Source: Rotaria socialis
Taxonomy: Eukaryota
NCBI GenBank assembly: GCA_905331295.1
Contig: CAJNYD010000058.1
Coordinates: 1-64,000 of the forward strand
Length of the DNA: 64,000 bases
Direction of reading: 5' to 3'
Positions 1-12,545 of the stretch are shown here, one piece after another. Positions within the stretch are counted from its first letter, which is position 1; each line of letters starts with the position of its first letter. Position numbers and translations under genes: made by a program. The notes under the pieces are model-generated. The model saw nothing but the letters and a program-made list of their open reading frames with translations, did no database searches and was not told the DNA's origin.

Positions 1-373
1 CCAAATGTCTTTTAATTAGCATGTTCATTTATGATTGGTCACTTCGCGACCAATGAAACCTCGGCCAAAGAAGTGGGCTTCGGATTCAGGGCCCTCGATA
101 ACCTATGACAAAGTGCGATCAAAACAGCCAAAAGTCTTAAAATGAGAAGGTTCATTTCTGATTGGTCACTTCCCGACCAATGAAACCTCGGCCAAAGAAA
201 TGGGCTCCGGATTCGAATTCAGTGCCCTCGATAACCTATGACAAAGTGCGATCAAAACGAGCAAAAGTCTTAAAATAAGCTAACCTCCGTTGATTGTTTT
301 TTTGACCTCAAGCAAACACACAAACAAACGCATTTTAGTTTTTTTCATATGACCCTCCCTTCAGTCGAGGGAA
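1..373 (+). mobile_element. Probable 3' end of a non-autonomous Helentron/DINE-like element with internal ~127-bp tandem repeats
   Basis: Two copies of a ~127-bp unit (ttcattt.tgattggtcactt..cgaccaatgaaacctcggccaaag starts at 24 and 151). They are followed by a (CAAA)-like tract at ~313-328, a terminal stem-loop CCCTC..GAGGG at 353-371, and then a TA-rich site. Confidence 0.5.
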
Positions 374-767
374 TATATCGATAGATAGACAGAATGGAAC
401 AAAAATCAGATTGGTCGTCCATTATATATCGATAGACAGAATGAAGAAGATTATTACTTGCTGTTCATCCTTAACGAATGCTGCTTAGTTACAAACGTGT
501 CNAATTTTATGATAGCTAGTTATAAAATACATTGGTACGAGTCGCACTCCAGCGTCAGTATTCAAGAAAAATTAGTTACTGGTCATTCGCTTCGTCCTAT
601 GTGCGGAAGAGATTGGAAGAGAATAGAATAGAATAATTATATATCGATAGATAGACAGAATGGAACAAAAATCAGATTGGTCGTCCATTATATATCGATA
701 GACAGAATGAAGAAAATTATTACTTGCTGTTCATCCTTAACGAATGCTGCTTAGTTACAAACGTGTC
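374..767. repeat. ~128-bp near-identical direct duplication flanking an N (374-501 and ~640-767); probable scaffold join or allelic overlap
   Basis: atatatcgatagatagacagaatggaac...acaaacgtgtc occurs twice. The first copy ends immediately before the N at 502. Confidence 0.85.
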
Positions 768-1239
768 GCGCATTGATTGTGAACACATCCGATGCGCTCA
801 ATTGTAGTGCACAAAAAAATAGCATGATTTTTTCCGTTCCTTCAGCTTTCAAGATAAGAATAGCAGTGAGGACTATTAAAGCGAATATTAAAAAAATCAT
901 TATCTATCGGATACCATTAGACCTAAATCGAAGCGGAAAAGAATCTAATTACCAACTTGTTTAACGTGCTTCTTTTCATCAATCAAATCGCATGTAATTC
1001 AACTAATTAGAAGCGGCTATTACGTTCACGCCAGGTAGCTAGTAGGACATTCCCAGCATCTCTCCAAAGAATTCTCAATTAGGGTAACCTCACCATTTTT
1101 CGATTCGAAACTATTCCGAACCGAAGAGTGACAATTCTAACGAAAACGACTTCGCAAATCGTTTGTTCCGACTCATTTCAGCATGGGAACCAGCCGTTAA
1201 GGGCATCCCAACGGGTTCTACCAACACAGCCGGATGTTT

Positions 1240-1745
1240 CAGGCAGTAGCCCGTCGAGTTCTGTGGATTAGAAACACTTAACCGCACTCGGAAAGTGACC
1301 GTTTAGTAGAGCTCCTCGAGTTCTACCGGGAACCACTCTTCGTTTTCTTGGAGCCAGTCGTTGAGTGAATCGCGACGGGCTCTAGGAATGAAGACGTGGC
1401 TTTGGCAGGTATTTAGCAGATTTCGGCGGATTGGAAGCACCTGCTTGCATTCGGAAGGCGGCCATTGAATAGAGCTCGTCGAGTTCTACTTGAAGCCAGC
1501 GGCGGTTTTGTTCGAACCAGTCGTTGAGCGAATCCTGACAGGTTTTAGTTGTGTTTTCATTGTTTTGTCTTATTTTTTAGCAGTAAAAAGGGTTTTCCGG
1601 ACGGAAGGAAGTTACTTGGTGAGAAAAAAAATATTGCAGTGGATAGAGCTCGTCGAGATCTACTTGGAGCCAGGAAGTCCTTAGTTGGAGCCAGCTTCAC
1701 GGCGAATATTTTCAAGAAATACTCGAATCCTGACCTAAGATATCC
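1240..1745. repeat. Degenerate GC-rich tandem repeat (~165-175 bp period), probably TE-internal
   Basis: The motif tagagctcgtcgagttctac...gagccagtcgttgag.gaatc recurs at ~1307, ~1470 and ~1643, with a partial copy at ~1247. Confidence 0.6.
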
Positions 1746-2277
1746 TACGTGGTTTAAAACTGGCTAGTCCGAACTCAACCATAGTTCCTAATTTGCGACG
1801 CCATATATCCCTTGATATATTTTACTCGCATCGCTTTTTAACTTCATCAAGGCGGTGGAACATACCTAGTCTTTTTCTGAAAAAGGATTACTCTAAAAAA
1901 AGGTTCTTCCTTCGGGCACACGAGAAAACGCGTTTAAGTTTTTGCATACAACCTTGAGAGGTTTTTTAGCCAACCTCAAGAATTTTCACTTTTATAAGAA
2001 ACTCTTTTAGGGTCCTTGGATTGGAACGAAACCTTGAGGGACTTTTTGCGAAACCCCAAAAGCGTTCTTATCGTGTGTGCATCGGAAGACACTTTTTACG
2101 TTTCGTATATTTGACTGAACCATTTAAGTATAGTCAAGGCTAGGGGTGCAACAGTGCAGTGTTAGTTCCGATCAAAAGAATTGTTCAGGCGGGTGTAGGT
2201 GAGATATTAGTAGATGTCGGAAAATTTAGTTCTTGTACAGAACTGAATGAACAAGAAATACCAGCGTTTTTTGCTCG

Positions 2278-2341
2278 AGGGTGTGGGTGTGGATCTTCAA
2301 TATTCTCTATCGACATCCATACACACCCACACCCACACCCT
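2278..2341. repeat. Inverted repeat built from TGTGGG/CCCACA units
   Basis: agggtgtgggtgtggat ... atccatacacacccacacccacaccct. A related degenerate copy lies at 38465-38526. Confidence 0.7.
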
Positions 2342-3263
2342 AAAAATTCAATGCAATCTAGAATTCTAGTAGTAAAATTTTGAATTTTATAATTAGACAT
2401 TACCATTCGGTAGAATTTAAATTTTCACAGTAGCTCGATTTTATTTGGTGCTCAATTTTTGATTTTTGTGGAAGGCTCTCTTATAGGAAGTAGCATGAAT
2501 TCAAGTAGATTTTGAATCGATTTTTGCAAGCACATAATGCGACCATTATGCAGAAGATAGTATTCCAATAGTATGATGAACACTTTCACTACGTTCTTTA
2601 TGCAGCATCTTTTCACTGGGAATTCAAAGATTTTTTATCGGACTTAAATTTCCATTTGTGAACGAATAAAAACGCATAAGCATTCAAAAAAATCTCCATA
2701 TTTAAAAGCGTAAATATTGTAACTCGTTCAAATGAGTTCATAAATTGTAAAAGCGGCATTTTTACGGTGCCCTATCGCTAAAGCGGCGTTTTAACACATT
2801 TTTTAAAGGCATTTCTCTGACTTGGGCCCACACCCTCACCCTCAAGTGGTGCCAATATGAAGACATAATACAAAGCAGCTTATAAGGTTGCCGCACATGT
2901 TACGATATTTCATTCTTTTTAACCAAACAAGTAATCTAGTTAAATATAGACTATTTGTAGGAGTGCCCAATATATTAATATTGTAGTGTATTGTTTCTAT
3001 ACCAATGCAGTTAATAAAGCATTTTTTACATCATCAAAAGTCTCTAGTATAGAATGTAAAATAGGGTTTTGATTTATATGTTTGTGTTTCTAGACTGTTA
3101 TATTTAAACGAGAAAATATTAGAAATAGATTACAATGAGTACTTATACAGATAAAACAAATAGTCATATACTGCCCAATAAGCATACTAAGTTTACATGC
3201 ACACAAAAGAAAAGCAAAAGATTCGAGTTATTGTCGTTGAAGTGCTTAGTATATACAATATTT

Positions 3264-5317
3264 TCAAATGGATTTTGGTTGATCATTTGTTTGTTGATTG
3301 ATTGTTGCATAATCAATATAGTCATATAGGATTACACTGTTATCATGTGTTTTTAAAAAGGTTTTATTTTCAAGTGGATCTTCTGAATAAATATGATCTA
3401 AATCTTGAATTCTATCATGTGGATATTTTAAAATTGATTTATCATCATCGCTAGCAGAAGCTAAATTATGATTTAAATTTAATTTTACTTCATCGCTCTT
3501 ATCGAATGAATCGACTGTTGAAGATTTTAATTTTTTTCCTCCGAATGAATGGAATGTTTCAGTTAAATAACGAATACGACGATCATTACGACTAAATGCA
3601 TTTTTTTAAATATTAAAAATAAAAGAAGTTATGTACACTCAGTTACCGTTTGTATAACAGAACACCACAGGTGATGACGACAAGAGCACCAGAAAGAAGA
3701 ACAACCAGTAAAATTAAGCCAGTATTATCTAATTTATGAAATCAATTTTAGTCTTTTAACTTCAGTTCGAATTACTTTCTCGTCGATTAACTAGTGTAAG
3801 TCCAGCTATTTTTTGTTGCATTGAACTTTTAGAATTATCATCATCATCATCATCAGAGAAAACATTCACAGCTGTGCTTGGTATTAATTTTGTTGTTGTG
3901 GGTGGTCGAGAACGACGAACCGGTGTAACTAGAAGATTCATAATAAATGAGTGGAAGTCAATTTCAAACAGCCTGTTACAGTATAGTTAAAATCAATCTT
4001 TGCGTCATCTCATCATTTGCAGCATGACTACTATATATTTTTATAGTGAGCAATGCTAAAAATCTATTCCACATGATTCTTATTTTTTTTTATATTTAAA
4101 TTTCTATTTACAATAGGTCGGCTTGAAACTAGAACACCTTCAGTAATTCAATATAGAAAAAGAATCCGGTCTATTGTCAACGCAGAGATAGGCGGTTTGA
4201 ATTGTTGGGAAAGTCAATATCTTGAGGATTTATTTGTAAATATAGCCGGATGGAAACGATATGGTCTATCTGACGTGAGTGTGTACAGAAGATTTTCCCT
4301 TTCGATATGTTATATCATGATAATCTGAATGGAACAATACATTTTCATATTCTTTTTCTACATTCATGAATGAGCAAATTATTTTACCAATGAAATAAAG
4401 TAAAAATCCATTATATGATCGTTTGATATTCGATGAATCTGATTTAAACATTAATGATGCTTCAATAACATCATCAAATAAAAGAGTAAACGGTGATCGT
4501 GTACCATATAATTTTTCTCCATTATTATTGATTTCTAACCAGTCAGTAATACGTGTAGTACTTGTCAAACGAGTTATACTGATACTTTCAATATCAAAAT
4601 CAATGGCATAAATCTTCAGTCTAAAAAATCAGTTCTTTGTTAAGTAGCTTTAAATCAATATCGAATAACTCACCGATGACTAGCATCTGGTGTTGATATT
4701 TTCTTCAAGCATGTCAAATTATCCAAATAATTGTTTGGATAATTTGGTGTATGAATAAAGCCTTCTTTGAGATCATCAACAGATTGTAATGAACAAATAT
4801 CAATGGGAGGTAATTGACTTGACTCAAAATCTAAAATTAATGCTGAGTTCATCAATAATTTTCTAGAGAAATTTTCTATTAACTTACCAGGAATACATGA
4901 ATATTCAATATTGATGCTTTGCCCTTTAAAAGCACAATTAGCTTGTTTACCAGAAAGAAATGATGGCCGATTTTCAACACTATTGTCTATAGTACATATC
5001 TGTTTTCCATTACAATGAGTACTTGCTCGTTCTCGATGATAGCCAATACAGCGAGATGGCGGATACATTGACGTGCCATTTAATTCTTTATTTAGATTTG
5101 GACATTCAGATGAATAGATTACTTCGAGAATGACAAGTTTTTCAGATGGAGAACATGTCAATGTTATCGATGTTTCACATGTATAACCAAGTTGTAAGGA
5201 TTCTAAAGCAATAATTAATATAAAAATAATATGAAAATAATAAATGAATTAAATAAACTTACGAGAAGAGTAAAAGAAAGTCAATGTAATGAAAACGAAA
5301 AATTGGATCGAAATCAT
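3264..5317 (-). CDS. Multi-exon type I membrane protein: signal peptide, SUEL/galactose-binding lectin-like domain, CUB domain, TM helix and cytoplasmic tail
   Basis: Hydrophobic N-terminus MISIQFFVFITLTFFYSS. SUEL-like Cys pattern (TCSPSEKLVILEVIY...CNGKQIC...IEYSCIP). CUB signatures GFIHTPNYPNNY..NLTC, DWLEI and FKSDSS..YNGFLLYF. TM segment IILALLVVLLSGALVVITCGVLLYKR. GT-AG introns; stop TGA at 3264-3266. Confidence 0.8.
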
Positions 5318-6364
5318 TCTATCTAAAATGAAACATAGTGAATGAGAAAACCCGTTTTGATATTAAGACAGTAGGCACGAAAAGTGAAGAAGTTTAATAA
5401 TCATTTCTATGACGTGAAGAGCAGTACTGTGATATGGACTCTCGGCATGTCATTGAAAAAGAAAAGTAAATGTCTTTGTTCAAGTACAATGTGAACCAAT
5501 ATTTTAAATATCTTATCTCAATTTTTTTCTCAACGCAGTTGATATAAAAAAAAAGATAGAAGACATCATTTTTGTTAAATAAACCTTAATAATTCGGCTG
5601 CATATAAGACATTATCGCGGTCAAGATCATCGTGAAGAGAAAGGACGAAGCGACTTTTTTTTCTTATACTATCGTAAACTGATAACTAAAGTCATTCTCA
5701 ATAAAATAATAGATCTAATTACATCTAAATTTGTTCAGCTGTGGGTAGATTTTCAAAAGAAGAAAATTTCCTAGCTAAATATGTATATTTCGGAACCTAA
5801 AGGGATGAAAAATTCAAGTTTCAGAAAATATCAGAAGCTTTCGTAATTACTGCAATATTATTCACCACATGGCAAAAACAGAATAAAGTAATTTTCCAGA
5901 AATTTGAGAAATGACAGAGATTACAGAGTTACATCAAAAAGAAAATTCCATAATTTCCAGGTACTAACCGAAGTTATTAGAAAATCTACTTTTTTGTGTT
6001 CTAATTTACTTTCGTATTATTAGCTATTTCCGAAAATAACGGGAAATTTCTGTTGGTACTCTTTAATGTCATTTAATGGTGAGAGAGAAATTTATTATTT
6101 TTGGAAATCGGAGCATATCTCTTAATACAACACGTATAGCTTAAACTATCTAAAAGTATATTCTGTATCTTTATATATTTTACCCTAGCATTAAAACCAT
6201 TCGAAATTCATAAAAAAACAGTACATAAATACGGATTGTATATGAGAAATCAAAACCAATAAAGTACAAAATGCAAACATACGTACAACATTATGACCAC
6301 ATAAAAATACATTTTTCCAAAAAGAAAAACAAAAAACAACTTAATGTAAAATAAATATTATAAT

Positions 6365-9300
6365 TTAACTGTTGTACATCGAACAATGATGTAAAATATC
6401 TGTAAGGATTCGTCCAATGTTTCGGTCAATAACATTCGATATTGATAAATTTAATATACGATCTTCATATTTTTTCAGTATTTCAATATTATCTTTATTA
6501 TTAACCATTGCTAATAAGCATGTAGCTGCTCGAGTCAACATATCATTTGTCGTTAATAACATATTTTCTGCTTCTGATGTATTTATTAAACGTAAAACAT
6601 AATCGGAACCATAGCGTGTTATTAGTTCATTAGTTTTTTTATCATAATCTTCTAAAAAATCAATTAATAATGATACTGTATATGGAATATGTGCAATTAT
6701 ATGAGCAATGTTTGAATCACATCGTATTAATGCATTTAATAAAACTATTGAAAATTCACGCTGAATATATGCTTGAGATCGATATATATTTGTAGACAAA
6801 TTTGATACAATACTATTCGCATTACTAACATTTAACCAATCAATTAAAATATGAACTAAAGATATTATACAATTAAATGAGGGTGTCGCCAAAATGAAAT
6901 CCATATTCATATCGTGTACACTTAATTTAGTCAAAATTTCAATCGATAAATGTTGAGCAGAAATATGCAATGATTGTAATTGTTCAATGGTTTCATCTGA
7001 ATAACATGTTGACCAATATAATAGACCATTGATTAATTCATTGATTAAATTGGAATCATATGTATTGAAAATAAGAAAACTTGCAATATTAGCTACAGTG
7101 ACTAGAGTATTTTCACGAATATTCATTAGACATTCAGATAAAGAAAACGATGATGTTGTGTTTTGATTTTCATTCTAAATCAAAGATAGTAAATTATTGT
7201 GAATGTTTGTCGCATAGAAATATTTCTATAGAATTAGTATGAAGTATGCTTTATTTCTAAAGCAATTTGTAGAATTAACTGGTGTCATTTTCCTAGCTCT
7301 TTACATAGGCTAATTGATTTATTGGAGATAATGACTTCTCAAATTTGTACTGATTAGATAATATCAAAATAGTTGAAATTCAAACTATTAAAAGCATCTG
7401 GATGGAATTATTTATGCAGCATTAACGAAAGAAAAAAAACAGAGAACATAGATTACCTTTAATGAATCATCGTTAATAACTTGATCATTCGACAATTCTT
7501 TCATTTCTTTATTGGACAAAGTATTTATTTTATTAGTATGATTAATGTTGTTTCCAAGTAATAAAATACGAGCTAATACGTGAATTAATGTTTTACATTC
7601 AACCAATTCAATATCATTGCCTGGTATAAAACTTAGATTTCGTAAAATTGACGATACGCATATACAACGAGAACATATTTGATCATAACCAGATGAATAC
7701 TTTGTAAATAATGTTAATTTATTGTCTTCGTGATCGTTCAATTTAAGAAAAGAATTAAAATCTCTTGTACATTTATTAGAATATAATTCATCAGTTGAAA
7801 ATTTTCGTTTGTAACGTTGAAAAAATTCTTTATTATCGTCTATTGTATTCAGTAACAGATCAGATTTCTCATACTGAGATTTTATAGGATCACTGTCAGA
7901 TGTTTCAGAATATTTATATGACGATATATTGAATTCTTTTATCAAGTGTCCATTATGCTTATCCAATGACAATGTATCATTAGAATGATGATGACCATAG
8001 TAAAGATTTTCATAATACTTATCATCTTTATGTATTGGATCAAAATGAGTTTGTATATAACTTAAATCATCTGTATTTTGAAGATCTAAAACCTAAGGTG
8101 AACAAAAGAAACTCAATATTTAAGCTTTCGTATTCAAGCGAAATAAAATGAATACGTACCTCTTCGGGATTATTTTTTAGATTGCCATGATCATCATAGA
8201 TATGTTCGATAATTATATTCTGTTGTTTATTATATTTTTGTTGATATTTATCTAAATAATTTGATTCAATACGATATATAATTGAATCGTGTTTTTTCCT
8301 ATGTTGATATTTGTTTGCTGAATCATTCAAAATTTGCTCATTTTCGACTATAAATTCATTAAATAATTGTGCTAAACATTTACTATAAATATCAACAAGT
8401 GCTTGTAATAGACCCGGCATTTGTTTTAATTGTAGATGTTTATGTGCTTCATCATCGTTTAGCATTATATTAATAGTATCTAATGCCCAGCTAGTTTCAG
8501 CTAGTAAACCACCACGCAACGACATTTGTAGCTTCATTGAATCAATGAATGCTAGAAGACAAAACGAACGTCAATCAAATAAAATAAATGATAATAATAC
8601 ATACGAATATCTTTGGCAGTTAATTTTTTTCGTTTAATTTTTGATGAAATAGTTGTTGCTTCAATAGAACCGATTGGAAACAAAATAGATTTTGATATGG
8701 AATTTAGATTGGATACATCTTGTGATCTTTTTGCAAGCTGTCCAGTTATAGTAGGAACTTGTTGTAATTGACCATCGGCACTGAAAAAGAAAAATTCATA
8801 GAAGCCTAACGTTAGAAAGTTTTGAATAGTTTGATCCGTCTTCATATTTTTCTCAAGTTCCAATATTTATGATCACAATAGAGCGATAATAAATTTCAAT
8901 AGTCAAACAATTTCGAAATAATATCAATCTACAAAAATTCGAATAATTTCTCGGTACTCGTGCGAAGGATCGAACCGAAACTATGATCAATGATATTTAA
9001 ATGGTATCGTTACTGACGAAATTGACAGTTGTCATTTCTGATCCTGAGTTAAATATTGTAGAAAATCGAAAATTGCTTTTAGCTTGTTAAGTTTAAAGAA
9101 GAGATGTTGAACTAAGTATCTTTCACTGCAAACTTGCAGGTCGATTGTTTATACCGTTACTGAGAACAAGGCTAAGTTAACAAAAAGTGAGAGAGAAAAT
9201 TGTAATACAGAAGTTAGATGGATAAAAATACCAGATAGAATATACGAAAATCTTAGAAGTGACAATCTGCTACTAGAAATGTTTGTAACCAATGAAAATG

Positions 9301-11387
9301 ATTACTAAACTTCTTGTGGTAGAAATTCTCTATTTTATATTTCAACCTAAAAACACACACATCCTCCTGGACCTGAAAAAAAACTAAAAAGGCCAGATCT
9401 AGCTCTATCCATTGTTATTATTTTCATACGAAATAACTAAGTATAGTTTCTTCTTAAATATATTGTTGTTTTACCTTGAATTAGACGCACGAGAGATTAA
9501 ATTGAACGATTGTGACGTTTTGGACACAAGTGGTACAGTTGTTTGATATTGTTGTAATGGTAAATTATCAATACGACTAGTCCCCATTGACGAAGATGGA
9601 CTTGATAGTGACATTGGTTGATCTTGAATTGCTACTAATTTGTTATCATTTTTCTTGTTGACTGTTTTTAAACGTTGTTCTTGTGTTTTATCAATTTCTG
9701 TTAATGTCGCATCAGGATCAATACCACCTCGGTCATATTTACATTCATAATGAAATAATTTAAAATTAATATATTTTTGTTTAAGATGAAAAGGTGCGGT
9801 TGAAGTTTTCGGGATGTTCAATGTCGATGCAATATCACGCCAATGACGACTTTTTGCTACTTTTGAAAATTGTTCAAAACCATTTTGTTCACGAATACAA
9901 ACATATAAACGATATAAATCAATTGTTTGCCGAGATATGCTTGGTAATTTTCGACAAATCATATGTTCTTCTTCCCATAATCTTTGTAAGCGGTCAACAA
10001 ATAAATTTCGTTCTTGTTCATTACCCATTTCGCGTAATTTATTGAATACTTCAATTGAAGTAGTTTTATTAATCTTGCGTTTTTGAGATTTTTTTTCATT
10101 TAAAACCGATGGGCTTTTATCGGAGTAAGATGAATTGCTTGACTCTAGATCATCTGGAACATGGGACGATATACTAGTGCAACTTGGAGATTTACATAAA
10201 TTATTGGATTGAATTGGTTTAGTCTTGAAAGAATTATTATCATTTTCCTGTATAGCTAGAATATGAGATTCATTGATTGGCGATTGACCGTACATTGGTG
10301 ACTGAGAATTACAAGAATAAGCATTATTCGAATCTAAATCAACAGCATTCGTAGATGTAGAGGTCGACTGTAGTGGTGGGGGTGGTAGATAAACATTTGA
10401 TTCATTCGAATGAGATGGATAATTTATCTGTTGAAGATTAGACAAGACGGTTCCGGATGCAGAACTCATCTCCTTTTGATATAATGATTGATAAGCACTA
10501 GCGTTCGATGTTGATAAACTATTATTGATCATAGTAGGATGATTAGGCGAATATTGGCGTGCTCCATTGCTATCATACATGTGATCTATTATGAATGAAG
10601 AAAAAAAACGAAGTCATTAATATATGTTACATTCGTTTCTCGTGTAATGGTTGTTTCTATTCATGATTAAGATATAATTTTTAATGGCAAACCTCCTTTT
10701 CGTTGTTGTGAATAGTTTGAATATAGTTGCTGCGATTTCGATATTGGACGAGTTGTTGACATCAAGGTTGGGTTGTTGTAACCGAAACTACCTGAAAATA
10801 TCTGATTTGTTGGCATCATTGTATTGAAATTCTTATAATCATTCGATCTTGTTCTTGAATTCTAACGATACATAGTCAAAAGTTACGCCATTGTACATGG
10901 AGAAGCCAGCATAAATTAATGTGATACTTACCAAATCATGTATCGAAGGTGCCAATTGAACACCTGTTGATGAATATGGTGACGGCTAAAAAGAAAGATT
11001 CATGAAATCAATTTCTATTCTTATTGATTATGTAAAAAAAATACCTGAATATGATTTTCGCCATAGGACATCGCTCTGGTCGGTGATTGTTGATGTTCAT
11101 AAGGACCACTATTCGATGTGTAGTATGGATTTGACCGTGATTCAGATGTTTCATAAGATGGAAACTAAAAGATTTTTATTCGATTTATTTTCTTCATCGT
11201 ATAAACTTACTCTTTGATGAGAAGAATGCACAGGATATGAAGGATATTGATTCATCATTGGAGTTTGCGGAGTTGTCATACTATAATTAGTTGAACCCCT
11301 AATTGGACTTGCCATCATGGTCATTTGTTGGTTTTGATTATTAATGGGAGTATTAGAATAAAAATGGTTCGCTGCGTCGTAGGACAT
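6365..11387 (-). CDS. ARID1: ARID1/osa-like SWI/SNF (BAF250) subunit, multi-exon
   Basis: ARID domain (IDLYRLYVCIREQNGFEQ...WRDIASTLNI...LKQKY..KLFHYECKYDRGGIDP). BAF250 C-terminal motifs MSLRGGLLAETSWALDTINIML, RCICVSSILRNLSFIPGND, RENTLVTVANI and MDFILATP. Gln/Pro/Met-rich N-terminal exons begin at ATG 11387. Confidence 0.9.
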
Positions 11388-11984
11388 TTTAAATCAAAAT
11401 TATGAAAATTGTTTTAAAACATTTTATTGATTTGAAAAGAAAAGACAACAAGAAGAAAAAACCTGTCACGGTTTGTCTAAAACGAAAAATTCAAGAATTT
11501 TGAACAGTAATTCAGATAGAAACCGTCAAGAGATTTTCTTATTGGATATTTCTTTCAATATTCATCGATTGAATATTCAAAGAAAACGATTAATACAACA
11601 GTTAACTTTAGCTTCCTATCCTATAATTCTTTTTGATTACTCAACCATGATGGAATCGTATGAACCTCTTTTCCGGGTATATAATCGGATTGGTTCAATT
11701 TTCTTCCTGTAGAAGTCATTATTTTATGGATGGAGATGGAGCCAATGTTTCCAATTCCAATAGCAAGTGTACAAAACGGAAGTAAAATGCACAGAGCATC
11801 TACTAATTTTGATTTCTGAACATGAAAAGCTGCACATAGCATCGAATTACACATTATGCTTAAATGTTGGTAAAGTGTGATCTGCCACGTTCAATTCTAT
11901 AATTGACTGAATAGAGAAAAAACTGGCATTTTGTTTTGTTGTTCTTTAGATGTCCATCGGAAACACTGCATAGTATAATTACGT

Positions 11985-12545
11985 GAACGTGATTCAAGTG
12001 TTTCATAGGATGAAAATTTCATAATTTTATTCGATTTACTTTCTTCATTGTCAAAGCTCACTATTTCATGCAAAAAATAGAGAGAATATGACGGACTTGG
12101 ATTCATCATTGGAGTTTGCGGAGTTGTCATACTATAATTGGTTGAACCCCTTCTAATTGAACTTCCCATCATGGGCATTCATTGGTTTTTAGTATTGGTG
12201 GGAACATTAACATAAAAATGACTGATGGAGTCATAGGACGTATTTTAATCAAAATTATGAGAATTTTTTAAAAATATTTATTGATTAGAGAAGAAAAGTG
12301 AAAATCAGTACTTTAAAACTTTTATTCTAAGAGAAATTGTCAAAAGAGTTCTTCTCGTCGAATGAGAGTGTCTAATGTTGATCGATCGTATTCGGAAGAA
12401 CATGGCATTATCGCAGTAGTTGCCAGCGTTTTCATGAATCGGCTCTAGTTATTTCGACTAATCAGTCACGATAGACTCAAGAAAGCCTCCACTTTGACAT
12501 ATATATAGCGGTATGATTCAATTATTCACTAGTTCCAGTTGTTGT
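11985..12545 (-). pseudogene. Decayed tandem duplicate of ARID1 exon 1 plus upstream region
   Basis: Repeats ttcatcattggagtttgcggagttgtcatactataatt (GSTNYSMTTPQTPMMN) from ARID1 exon 1. The start ATG is changed to ACG at ~12239-12241. The 5' flank aatcaaaattatga.aatt is conserved and weaker similarity continues upstream. Confidence 0.85.

Noticed and set aside
1..290. Repeat array as a possible CRISPR
   Set aside because: These are ~127-bp tandem units without unique spacers, in a eukaryotic context with no cas genes.
2159..2406. Overlapping ORFs with GCGCG/HPHPHP motifs
   Set aside because: These are translations of the TGTGGG/CCCACA hairpin, not credible proteins.
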